Shown one piece after another: positions 9,741 through 17,925 of a stretch of DNA of 41,291 nt. The stretch is from a virus. Its lineage: Duplodnaviria > Heunggongvirae > Uroviricota > Caudoviricetes. Position 1 is the first letter of the stretch, and each line of letters starts with the position of its first letter. The position numbers were made by a program, and so were the translations under genes. The DNA lies in IMG/VR virus record IMGVR_UViG_2537562194_000035. One strand, given 5' to 3'. A model generated the notes under the pieces. It ran no database searches. It saw only the letters and a program-made list of their open reading frames with translations, and was not told the DNA's origin.

Positions 9741-9844
9741 GTTCACAGATAAAACACTCTCCAGGAAACCCGGGGCGGTTCAGCCTGCCTTGAAGATGAG
9801 GACGGACAGGTGACGCACTGGTGCCATATTTCAGCTTTACCGGA

Positions 9845-10213
9845 ATGACGGGAGGTGAATGCGTGAGAAGTTATATTGATAATGAAAAACTGAAGACAAT
9901 CAGCGACTGTCTTAGCTTGCTGGCAAAAATAAAAGAAACCATTGAAGAGATTAAATTTCAGCTTGAATACGAACCCTGTGGCGATGATACATTGCGTAAC
10001 TCTGCCAGAAAAGCACTGGCTGTCTTTCAGAAACAACGCCGGACTGTTGAATACCGCCTTGCTGTATTGCGCCAGGAGGAAAAGGAAAGAAATATAAGAC
10101 GTCATGAACTCGTTAATGATTTTCTTGTTCGTGAATTAAAGGAGCGTGTGCCGGAGTCGGTATTTTTTGAGTGTGAGGCTGTTGCCCGTAGCAAAGCACT
10201 GGAAACTGATTAA
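9845..10213 (+). CDS. Hypothetical early protein
   Basis: ATG 9845 overlaps the reconstructed stop of the interrupted upstream gene (ATGA); the track ORF begins at 9821 only because of the IS-induced frame change. Confidence 0.5.
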   Translation: MTGGECVRSYIDNEKLKTISDCLSLLAKIKETIEEIKFQLEYEPCGDDTLRNSARKALAVFQKQRRTVEYRLAVLRQEEKERNIRRHELVNDFLVRELKERVPESVFFECEAVARSKALETD

Positions 10214-10225
10214 ACAGGCAGGTGA

Positions 10226-10561
10226 ATGATGAGTATTGAATTAAGATCGTCTTATGAATATCGTAAAATTCTCATCGCCGGAGGCATGAAACCGGAAGAT
10301 GCAGAAAAAATCGTTTCTTTTATGGATAAAGAATGTGACAAACGGGATATGCCAGAAATTATTATGGATGACATGATTCTGCATTCAGCCGTAGCGTTAA
10401 GCCCATTATGGATTGTGCATTCTCTTGCTGAAATTGCCAAAGGCACCGATAAACAGGCAGCTGTTGCTGCCCTTCAGACGCTTAATGAAATGCGTATATC
10501 TCCACGCCCGACATTAATACATATGATTCTGTCCAGCATGGAGGATAAAGCAAATGAATAG
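10226..10561 (+). CDS. Hypothetical early protein
   Basis: 111-aa ORF with AGGTGA SD. Confidence 0.5.
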   Translation: MMSIELRSSYEYRKILIAGGMKPEDAEKIVSFMDKECDKRDMPEIIMDDMILHSAVALSPLWIVHSLAEIAKGTDKQAAVAALQTLNEMRISPRPTLIHMILSSMEDKANE

Positions 10562-10751
10562 TCTACCCGCTGGATGGGCGCGGCCACTAATGGCCAGGAA
10601 GCATCATTTTTTTAAAACAGGCGAAAATATCAGTATATGTGGACGGTGGTTATATCTGGCTCATAATCGCGAGCCGGATACATTTGAAAGCCCTGATGAC
10701 TGTGCCGAATGCCGCAGAAGACTGAATAAGGAGAAAGATAATGGACAGTAG
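10554..10751 (+). CDS. Small hypothetical protein with C-terminal Cys cluster (DCAECRR)
   Basis: 65-aa ORF with GGAGGA SD. Confidence 0.45.
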   Translation: MNSLPAGWARPLMARKHHFFKTGENISICGRWLYLAHNREPDTFESPDDCAECRRRLNKEKDNGQ

Positions 10752-11037
10752 TTCGCAGTTGTTCTGGTATTTATATATCACATCCTTTTTCGGTGCATTC
10801 GTCATTACACGATGGCTGTGCCGGAAAGTTATCAGTATTTTTCATAAAAAATACCTGATTGGGCAGGCTGCGACTTCTCTGATTAATGCACTGGCCAGAT
10901 ATCATAAGGGGGAATGCTACTCAAGAATAAAAACTGATGATGGTTTTAATATTTTTGTGATTCCTCCGGAGTATCGGGTTCAGCTCGATCGGGAAAATAA
11001 TACCTATCATATCCGCAGGAGTGTTGATACAGCATGA
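10741..11037 (+). CDS. Hypothetical protein with N-terminal transmembrane helix
   Basis: 98 aa, AGGAG SD; hydrophobic stretch LFWYLYITSFFGAFVITRWL. Confidence 0.5.
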   Translation: MDSSSQLFWYLYITSFFGAFVITRWLCRKVISIFHKKYLIGQAATSLINALARYHKGECYSRIKTDDGFNIFVIPPEYRVQLDRENNTYHIRRSVDTA

Positions 11038-11543
11038 GAGGGAAACTGATATCTGCCATTCATGTGGCAAAACGCGAGCTTGCCCTGGATGATGAAACCT
11101 ACACATCCGTACTACTGGCGGTCACCGGCAAAACCAGCTGCCGGGATATGTCACCGGATGAGTTATCCCGCGTGCTGGATGTTTTCAAAAAACGCGGTTT
11201 TAAAGTGCGTCAGAACCCGGTTAACCGGGCCTTAAAACCGGGTACGGTGACCGCTAAAATTCGCGCCATCTGGAAGGTGATGCACCGGCAGGGCTTTATC
11301 TCTGATGGTGCGGAAACCGCCCTTAACCGCTGGGTGAAATCGCAGACGGCCGCGCAAAACGGCGGCGAAGGTGTGGCAAACTGGCAGTGGCTGGAGCAAC
11401 ACCCCGCCCTGGCCTCAGATGTGCTGGAGCGTCTCAAGCGATGGCACCGCCGCAAAATGCTGGCCGCGATGGGAATGCCCGAACGCACGCTGATGGGGTA
11501 TGACGCCGTTTGCAGGCAGTATGAAAAATCACTTCCCCGTTAA
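11034..11543 (+). CDS. GemA-like protein (Mu gp16 family)
   Basis: 169-aa ORF; position just before Mor/C and general resemblance to the Mu GemA family; assignment from memory, not verified. Confidence 0.55.
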   Translation: MRGKLISAIHVAKRELALDDETYTSVLLAVTGKTSCRDMSPDELSRVLDVFKKRGFKVRQNPVNRALKPGTVTAKIRAIWKVMHRQGFISDGAETALNRWVKSQTAAQNGGEGVANWQWLEQHPALASDVLERLKRWHRRKMLAAMGMPERTLMGYDAVCRQYEKSLPR

Positions 11544-11547
11544 CCCC

Positions 11548-11580
11548 AAATCCCGCCACAACGCGGGATTTTTATTTTAA
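11548..11580 (+). terminator. Rho-independent terminator at end of early operon
   Basis: Stem ATCCCGC / GCGGGAT (11550-11556 and 11563-11569), 6-nt loop, followed by TTTTATTTT. Confidence 0.7.
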
Positions 11581-11612
11581 ACTTACCGGGAACGCGAGAA
11601 CCGGAGGCTGAT

Positions 11613-12038
11613 ATGGCAGAAACTCAGATGAGCATGTTTGGTGGTGACAGTGAGCAACTGCACGCCCTTATCGACCGCCTTGATGACATCCCTGATGATG
11701 TTCTCAAAAAGAACTGGCCGCGGACCCTGTCAGAACTGGTTGAAGTCACCGGCGCAGAACTTCAGCGTCAGGGGATTGAGCCGGTACTGGCCGGCAAACT
11801 GGCACGCAAGGTGGCTGCGGCTCAGGCAGCCTATATGGGCGGACGGGGTTATTACCTGCCGGTCGGGGAATCTCTCTTTGCCGAGCTGCGAAACAATGAG
11901 ATATTTTCGCGCTGGGACCGGGGCGAGAAAATTGAATCCCTTCGCCGCCATTACCGGATGTCAGAAACCCAGATTTATACCGTCATACGTGAACAGCGCC
12001 GTCTGCATCTGGCAAGAACACAACCGCCACTTTTCTGA
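11613..12038 (+). CDS. Mor/C-family transcriptional activator (middle or late gene activator)
   Basis: 141 aa, GGAGG SD; C-terminal HTH region ...GRGYYLPVGESLFAELRNNEIFSRW...ESLRRHYRMSETQIYTVIREQRR typical of the Mu Mor/C family. Confidence 0.75.
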   Translation: MAETQMSMFGGDSEQLHALIDRLDDIPDDVLKKNWPRTLSELVEVTGAELQRQGIEPVLAGKLARKVAAAQAAYMGGRGYYLPVGESLFAELRNNEIFSRWDRGEKIESLRRHYRMSETQIYTVIREQRRLHLARTQPPLF

Positions 12039-12109
12039 TATTCCGCAAAGCCTGCCGCCTTTCCTTCACCGTTACGCTGACTCAGAGAACATCATGAGAC
12101 AGCGTAACA

Positions 12110-12610
12110 ATGCCAAAACTCCCCGCACCACTGCGTAAAAAGCTGATTGCCCTTGTTCTGGCCGGTGCCGGGACGTTCACGATTGCCACGCATTACACCG
12201 GTTACTGGGAAGGGAAAGAAAACTCCACGTATATCGATCCCACCGGTACACCCACCATCTGTTACGGCCATACCGGCCCGGATGTGAAACCGGGTATGAC
12301 CCTGACGGATGAAGAATGCCTGGAACTACTGGAAAAGGACATGAAATGGGCCTTTGCGGCCATTGATCGGCGTGTTCAGGTGCCGCTTACCCGTGGTCAG
12401 ACGGTGGCGCTGGCTTCGTGGATCTTCTGGGCCGGTGAAACGAACTTTCGCAACTCCACGCTTCTGCGCCTGATCAATGCCGGGCAGATGCCCGCGTCCT
12501 GTAAGCAGTATATCCGCTGGATTTATTCAAAGGGGGTGAAGCTCCCCGGCCTTGAGGCCCGCCGTTCGGCGGATGAATGGTTATGTCGCTACGATTTGCC
12601 GAAAGTCTGA
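12110..12610 (+). CDS. Endolysin, phage lysozyme (GH24-like) with N-terminal signal-anchor-release domain
   Basis: 166 aa; hydrophobic N-terminus LIALVLAGAGTFTIA, then catalytic-type motif E-x8-D-x5-T (YWEGKENSTYIDPTGTPTICYGHT). Confidence 0.8.
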   Translation: MPKLPAPLRKKLIALVLAGAGTFTIATHYTGYWEGKENSTYIDPTGTPTICYGHTGPDVKPGMTLTDEECLELLEKDMKWAFAAIDRRVQVPLTRGQTVALASWIFWAGETNFRNSTLLRLINAGQMPASCKQYIRWIYSKGVKLPGLEARRSADEWLCRYDLPKV

Positions 12611-12683
12611 ACCGCTTCTGGCGACCGATCATGATAGCGCTGCTGTGTGCGGTACTGCTGTTACGGGGTGTCCTGTGGCTGCG

Positions 12684-13073
12684 GTGAATAATGCCTTACC
12701 GGCCCTGATTGCCGGGGCGTGCATGGCGGCGCTGGGGATTATCGCTGTACTGGTTGCCGCGATATGGGGAATGCACCAGAAGACGCAGCGCCTTGAAGAC
12801 AATAATCAGGTGCTTGTGCGTGAGCGGGATGAGGCGCGTCAGGTGCTGGCAAATCAGCAGCACACCCTGCAACTCATTTCACAAATCAGTGAGGCGGCCA
12901 CGAATGAAAAACAACAGAACATTCAGCACAGCGAGGGGCAGCAGAGCGTTGTCCGCCGGTCGCTGGCAGCAGTGCCTGCGGCCTCTGCCCCTGTTCCTGA
13001 TGATGTGGCTGATCGGGTGCGCCGGGCCGTCTGTGAAATACGTGCCTGTGAAGCCGGTGCCGATCCCCGCTGA
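12684..13073 (+). CDS. Putative i-spanin (Rz-like): N-terminal TM helix plus periplasmic coiled coil
   Basis: TM segment ALPALIAGACMAALGIIAVLVAAIWG followed by a Q/E/R-rich helical region. Start uncertain (GTG 12684, ATG 12723 or ATG 12573); stop firm. Confidence 0.5.
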   Translation: MNNALPALIAGACMAALGIIAVLVAAIWGMHQKTQRLEDNNQVLVRERDEARQVLANQQHTLQLISQISEAATNEKQQNIQHSEGQQSVVRRSLAAVPAASAPVPDDVADRVRRAVCEIRACEAGADPR

Positions 13074-13275
13074 ATGGCTGGCTGACTGCCTAGTCCCTCC
13101 TGCGCCGGAGCCGTTCACGTTTGGGGCATCGGTCACTTACAACCTGCAACTGCTGGCGGTGATCAAGAACTGCAACGTGGACAAGGCCAGTATTCGTCGT
13201 CTGGAGACGCGGCGACAACATGAATTTACTGATATGGCCGGAACGCCTGCTGTTCCGGCAGGAAAAACGAAGTAA
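12904..13275 (+). CDS. Putative o-spanin (Rz1-like lipoprotein) in alternative frame overlapping the i-spanin
   Basis: Lipobox-like LIGC followed by a Pro-rich segment (VKPVPIPAEW...PPAPEP); start uncertain (ATG 12904 or ATG 13000). Confidence 0.4.
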   Translation: MKNNRTFSTARGSRALSAGRWQQCLRPLPLFLMMWLIGCAGPSVKYVPVKPVPIPAEWLADCLVPPAPEPFTFGASVTYNLQLLAVIKNCNVDKASIRRLETRRQHEFTDMAGTPAVPAGKTK

Positions 13276-13284
13276 GGAAAAGGT

Positions 13285-13512
13285 ATGGATGATTCAGATC
13301 GTGCTCAGGCTGTGATGGAGCGGGGATCAGAACGCGCCCTTTGTAACCGGCTGACACGTAAGCGCCAGGCAGTGGATACGCCGGGCAGACGTGTCTGCGC
13401 GGACTGTGGTGGAGAGATCCCCGCCGCACGTCTTGTTGCTGTGCCTGATGCCATCCGTTGTGTGAACTGCCAGAACATCATGGAGGCCCGTAATGTGGGT
13501 CAGCATCGTTAA
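13285..13512 (+). CDS. TraR/DksA-family C4 zinc-finger protein
   Basis: 75 aa; CADCGGEIP...CVNCQ four-cysteine motif. Confidence 0.7.
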   Translation: MDDSDRAQAVMERGSERALCNRLTRKRQAVDTPGRRVCADCGGEIPAARLVAVPDAIRCVNCQNIMEARNVGQHR

Positions 13513-13801
13513 AGATTATGTTGTGCCGATCCTTTCGGCGACGGCAACCGCTGGCGGGATATTCATGGCGCTGATGCGCAAAACGTTTGTCCCCCGCGAG
13601 GCCTTTGAAAAACTCTCCGACCGCGTTGAGAAGGTGGAAACCCGCCTGTCGTCACTGCCGACAGAAGCCGAGGTCAACCGTCTGAATGTGGAAATCGTGA
13701 CCCTGCGGGGTGAACTGAAAACCACGAACGCCACGCTCCGCTCTGTCTCCTATCAGAACGAACTGCTGCTGGAGCAGGCTGTAAGGAAAAAAACGCAATG
13801 A
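13493..13801 (+). CDS. Hypothetical membrane-anchored coiled-coil protein
   Basis: 102 aa, GGAGG SD; N-terminal hydrophobic segment. Confidence 0.55.
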   Translation: MWVSIVKDYVVPILSATATAGGIFMALMRKTFVPREAFEKLSDRVEKVETRLSSLPTEAEVNRLNVEIVTLRGELKTTNATLRSVSYQNELLLEQAVRKKTQ

Positions 13802-14088
13802 GTGATTTCATTACTGAAGATCAGCGTCTGGTCATTCTGCGGTCGCTGGCAGATTACAACGGTGAACTGGGTGAATCCGTGCTCCAGGACTGTCTGGATG
13901 ATTACGGCCACCGCGTGTCCCGCGACACCGTTCACACCCACATTGCCTGGCTTGCCGAGCAGGGACTGGTGCGCAAACGCGTTCTGATTAACGGTTATTT
14001 CATCGCGGAACTGACCGGTCGTGGGCAGGATGTGGCGGAAGGCCGGGCCTGCGTTCCGGGTGTGAAGAAACCACGCGCAAGGGGGTAA
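13798..14088 (+). CDS. Hypothetical protein (Mu gp26 position)
   Basis: 96-aa ORF overlapping the previous stop. Confidence 0.55.
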   Translation: MSDFITEDQRLVILRSLADYNGELGESVLQDCLDDYGHRVSRDTVHTHIAWLAEQGLVRKRVLINGYFIAELTGRGQDVAEGRACVPGVKKPRARG

Positions 14089-14090
14089 CG

Positions 14091-14672
14091 ATGGACAAGC
14101 CGACGCGTGGTCGTGTACGCAAGGTGGATTTGCTCCCCGACAGCATCCGTAAGCCGCTGCTGGAAATGCTGCGTGAAAAACGTCTGACGCAGGTCCAGAT
14201 CCGCGAGGAAATCAACCGTCTGATCCGAGAGGCGGGCCTGCCGGAAGAGCAGCAGCTTTCACCGGCGGCCATCAGCCGGGAAGCCTCCCGTAATGAGCTG
14301 ATTGCCCGTAACCTGCGTGATTTACGCGAGCAGACAAAAGCCATGATGGCCGAACTGGGGGACAAGCCAACCGGTGAAACCACAGCGCTGATTCTGGAAA
14401 TGTCCCGCGCCCTGATGTACCGCCGCCTGCGTGCCGCGACCGAATCTCTGAACAGCGACAGCGACGTGGATATGCGCCTCATCAAAGACATCCTCCTGTC
14501 AGCACAGCGTGCGGAAAGTGCCGCCGAGCGCAGCATTAAGCGTGAAAAAGAAATCCGGGCCGCATTTGCTGAAGAGATGGCAAACGCGGTCACCGACGAG
14601 CTGCGCGGCGTGGACGGGATGAGTGAACAGCTTGAGTCCCGTATTAAGGGGATTCTGTTGGGTAAAGCCTGA
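14091..14672 (+). CDS. Putative terminase small subunit (Mu gp27 position)
   Basis: 193-aa helical, charged protein immediately upstream of the large terminase. Confidence 0.6.
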   Translation: MDKPTRGRVRKVDLLPDSIRKPLLEMLREKRLTQVQIREEINRLIREAGLPEEQQLSPAAISREASRNELIARNLRDLREQTKAMMAELGDKPTGETTALILEMSRALMYRRLRAATESLNSDSDVDMRLIKDILLSAQRAESAAERSIKREKEIRAAFAEEMANAVTDELRGVDGMSEQLESRIKGILLGKA

Positions 14673-16336
14673 TGAATAACGCCGAAGAACTCTCACCCTT
14701 ACTGACGAATACCGTCTCCACCCGCAAAATTGATCTGGCCGGTGAAAAAGCCCTGCTGGGCGTGGATGTGCCGGACAGCCTTGATTTGCCCGGTGATATG
14801 CCGGTGTTTCTGGATTATCAGGCCCGCTGGTTTGAGGATGAAAGCGAGGTCTGCATCGCGGAAAAATCCCGCCGCACCGGGCTTACCTGGGCGGAAGCCG
14901 GGCGTAACGTCATTACCGCTGCAAAACCGAAGCGGCGTGGTGGCCGCAATGTGTTTTATGTGGGGTCAAAGCAGGAGATGGCGCTGGAATATATTTCTGC
15001 CTGCGCACTGTTCTCCCGTGCCTTTAACCAGCTGGCAGATGCTGATGTGTATGAGCAGACCTTCTGGGATCGGGATAAAAAAGAAGAAATTCTGACCTAC
15101 ATGATCCGCTTTCCGAACAGTGGATTCAAAATTCAGGCACTGTCTTCCCGTCCGTCAAACCTGCGCGGCCTTCAGGGGGATGTGGTGATTGATGAAGCCG
15201 CGTTCCACGAGTCACTGGATGAGCTTCTCAAGGCGGCAATGGCGCTTACCATGTGGGGCGCGCGCGTGCGTATTATCTCCACGCATAACGGCGTCGATAA
15301 TCTGTTTAATCAGTACATTCAGGAAGCCCGCGAGGGGCGCAAGGATTACAGCGTCCACCGCATTACCCTGGATGATGCCATTGCGGACGGGCTGTACCGT
15401 CGTATCTGTTATGTCACCGGCCGCGAATGGTCACCGGAAAGCGAGCAGAAGTGGCGTGATGATCTCTACAAAAACGCCCCGACCCGTGAGGATGCCGACG
15501 AGGAATACGGCTGTATCCCGAAAAAATCCGGCGGTGCCTATATTCCTCACGCGCTTATTGAAATGGCGATGATCCGCGACATCCCGATTCTGACGTTTGA
15601 AGCCCCGGACGACTTCATCAGCCGTGCCGCATGGCTGCGTGAATCGGAGGTTTTAACCTGGTGTGAAGAACATTTAAAACCGCTTTTAGAGGCGTTAAAT
15701 CCCCGTTCCCGCTTCAGCTTCGGGGAAGACTTTGCCCGCACCGGAGACCTGTCCTGCTTTGTGCTGCTGGAAATCACTGAATCCCTGGCAAAACGCGAGG
15801 TGTTTCGCGTGGAGCTGCGCAACCTGCCGTATGCCCAGCAGGAGCAGGTGATGATGTACATCCTGACCCGCGTTCCGGCGCTGGTCGGTGCGGCGTTCGA
15901 CGCCACCGGTAACGGCGGCTATCTGGCCGAAGCCGCGCTGCTGGCCTTTGGCCCGGACATCATCGACTGCGTGATGTTATCGCCGAAGTGGTATGGCGAG
16001 TGGATGCCAAAACTGAAGGCCGAGTTTGAGGATCAGAATATCCTCGTCGCCCGCCATCAGACCACGCTTGATGATTTGCGCCATGTGAAGGTGGTGAACG
16101 GTATCCCGCAAATCGACAAGGGGCGTACGAAGGACCAGAACGCAACGGCTGTGAACGCCCGCCGCCATGGTGATTTTGCCGTGGCGCTCTGTATGGCAAA
16201 CCGGGCGTCATACATGGAGGGCTTCATCCTGGATGAATCAGCCTGTCAGGCGCTGCCGGAGCGGTCGCGGGCAATGGAGGGCGGTTATCGTGATGACGAT
16301 GAGGCATATCATGAATTTGATCGGGGGTGCTGGTAG
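14672..16336 (+). CDS. Terminase large subunit (Mu gp28-like)
   Basis: 554 aa; position and Mu-like terminase sequence character. Confidence 0.8.
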   Translation: MNNAEELSPLLTNTVSTRKIDLAGEKALLGVDVPDSLDLPGDMPVFLDYQARWFEDESEVCIAEKSRRTGLTWAEAGRNVITAAKPKRRGGRNVFYVGSKQEMALEYISACALFSRAFNQLADADVYEQTFWDRDKKEEILTYMIRFPNSGFKIQALSSRPSNLRGLQGDVVIDEAAFHESLDELLKAAMALTMWGARVRIISTHNGVDNLFNQYIQEAREGRKDYSVHRITLDDAIADGLYRRICYVTGREWSPESEQKWRDDLYKNAPTREDADEEYGCIPKKSGGAYIPHALIEMAMIRDIPILTFEAPDDFISRAAWLRESEVLTWCEEHLKPLLEALNPRSRFSFGEDFARTGDLSCFVLLEITESLAKREVFRVELRNLPYAQQEQVMMYILTRVPALVGAAFDATGNGGYLAEAALLAFGPDIIDCVMLSPKWYGEWMPKLKAEFEDQNILVARHQTTLDDLRHVKVVNGIPQIDKGRTKDQNATAVNARRHGDFAVALCMANRASYMEGFILDESACQALPERSRAMEGGYRDDDEAYHEFDRGCW

Positions 16337-17925
16337 TGGGACGCATAATTGATCTTGACGGAAAACCTTTCTCCTTTGACCCGGAGATGCAGAGTGCCGT
16401 GCTGGATATTCCGCAGATTGCCAGCCGTTATATTGAACATCCGGCCTCGGGTATCACCCCGAACCGGGCGGCACAGTGCCTTCGCGGAGCTGAACGTGGC
16501 GATCTGATTGCCCAGTCCGATCTGGCCGCTGACATTGAAGAAAAGGATACCCACCTTTTTGCAGAGCTGGGCAAGCGACGCCTTGCCATTCAGGGGGTGT
16601 CCTGGAGTATTGAGCCGCCCCCGAACGCCAGCGCGAATGAGAAAAAGGACGCGGAAATGCTCGACGAATATCTGCATTCCGCCGACTGGTTTGATGCCAT
16701 GCTGTTTGATGCCACCGATGCCATCCTGAAGGGCTATTCCTGTATGGAGATTGAGCACGGGATGCTCGGTAAAATGCACATCATCCGCGCCATCCGCTGG
16801 CGTGACAGCGGGCATTTCTGCCTTAACCCGGATGATTTGAGCGAACTGCGGCTGCGTGACGGCAGCCATGCCGGGGTGGCGTTTCAGCCCTTTGGCTGGA
16901 TAGTGCATCAGTCGCGTTCACGCACTGGCTACGGTGGTGCGACGGGGCTTGTCAGAACGCTTATCTGGCCGTTCATTTTCAAAAACTATTCCGTGCGCGA
17001 TCTGGCTGAATTTCTGGAGGTGTACGGCCTGCCGATGAAGGTCGGTAAATACCCGTCCGGGGCAACACCGGAGCAGAAAAGCGCCCTGATGCGGGCGGTG
17101 ATGGATATCGGGCGACGTACAGGCGGGATCATCCCGGCCGGGATGTCGCTGGAGTTTCAGGCGGCAGCGAACGGTCAGGCCGATCCGTTTGAAACCATGA
17201 TTTCGTGGGGGGAGCGTTCCATCTCCAAAGCTATCCTCGGCGGCACGCTGACCACGGAAGCCGGAGACAAGGGCGCACGTTCGCTGGGTGAAGTGCATAA
17301 CGAGGTGCGCCGGGAAATCAGGGATTCTGATTTACGTCAGCTGGCCGCCACGCTGAACCGCGATCTGGTGTATCCGCTGTATGCCCTGAACACCGCCCAC
17401 GCCATTGATATCCGTCGCCTGCCGCGTATCTGTTTCCAGACAAAAGAGCCGGGGGATATCACCAAAATCACCAGTGCGGTGATGCAGCTCAGTACGGGGA
17501 TGGATATTCCTGATCCCTGGGTGCGGGAGCAGACCGGTATTCCACAGCCTGCCCCCGGTGAAGCCATCTTCCGTGTCCGTCAGAGTGGCAATGAACCTGC
17601 TCAGACAGACAAAGAGATGCCACCGGAAAAACAGGAGAAGACAGAGCAGACAGCGCTGGCTGCCAGACTGCCGGAAGCGAAGAGCAGCCCCCGAGATGAA
17701 CTGGACGACATGGGGGATGCGGTGCCTGCCCGCCGGTTACAGGAGGCCATCGACCCGGTACTGGAGCCGGTCATTGAAGCCATCAGAACGCGGGGGCTGG
17801 CGGAGGCACTGGCAGACCTGCCTGCCCTTTACCGTGAAATGGATGATTCCCGCCTGATGACGCTGCTCAGTGATGCCATGTTTGCTGCGGAAATGAAGGG
17901 GATGCTGGATGGCACAGGGGATTGA
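16327..17925 (+). CDS. Portal protein (Mu gp29 family)
   Basis: 532 aa following the terminase. Confidence 0.8.
   Translation: MLVVGRIIDLDGKPFSFDPEMQSAVLDIPQIASRYIEHPASGITPNRAAQCLRGAERGDLIAQSDLAADIEEKDTHLFAELGKRRLAIQGVSWSIEPPPNASANEKKDAEMLDEYLHSADWFDAMLFDATDAILKGYSCMEIEHGMLGKMHIIRAIRWRDSGHFCLNPDDLSELRLRDGSHAGVAFQPFGWIVHQSRSRTGYGGATGLVRTLIWPFIFKNYSVRDLAEFLEVYGLPMKVGKYPSGATPEQKSALMRAVMDIGRRTGGIIPAGMSLEFQAAANGQADPFETMISWGERSISKAILGGTLTTEAGDKGARSLGEVHNEVRREIRDSDLRQLAATLNRDLVYPLYALNTAHAIDIRRLPRICFQTKEPGDITKITSAVMQLSTGMDIPDPWVREQTGIPQPAPGEAIFRVRQSGNEPAQTDKEMPPEKQEKTEQTALAARLPEAKSSPRDELDDMGDAVPARRLQEAIDPVLEPVIEAIRTRGLAEALADLPALYREMDDSRLMTLLSDAMFAAEMKGMLDGTGD

Larger units (their letters stand above)
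8473..9782 (+). mobile_element. IS3-family insertion sequence, IS629/IS1203-like, 1310 bp, flanked by 3-bp direct repeat GCC
   Basis: Terminal inverted repeats TGAACCGCCCCGG... at 8473 and ...CCGGGGCGGTTCA at 9782; orfA/orfB pair inside; GCC at 8470-8472 and 9783-9785. Confidence 0.9.

Noticed and set aside
11638-12138. Plus-strand 166-aa alternative-frame ORF overlapping the Mor/C gene
   Set aside because: The Mor/C frame has the family HTH signature and a GGAGG SD; the overlapping frame is low complexity.
14000-14593. Minus-strand 197-aa ORF antisense to the putative small terminase gene
   Set aside because: Extremely Arg/Ser-rich low-complexity translation, fully overlapping a better-supported plus-strand gene.
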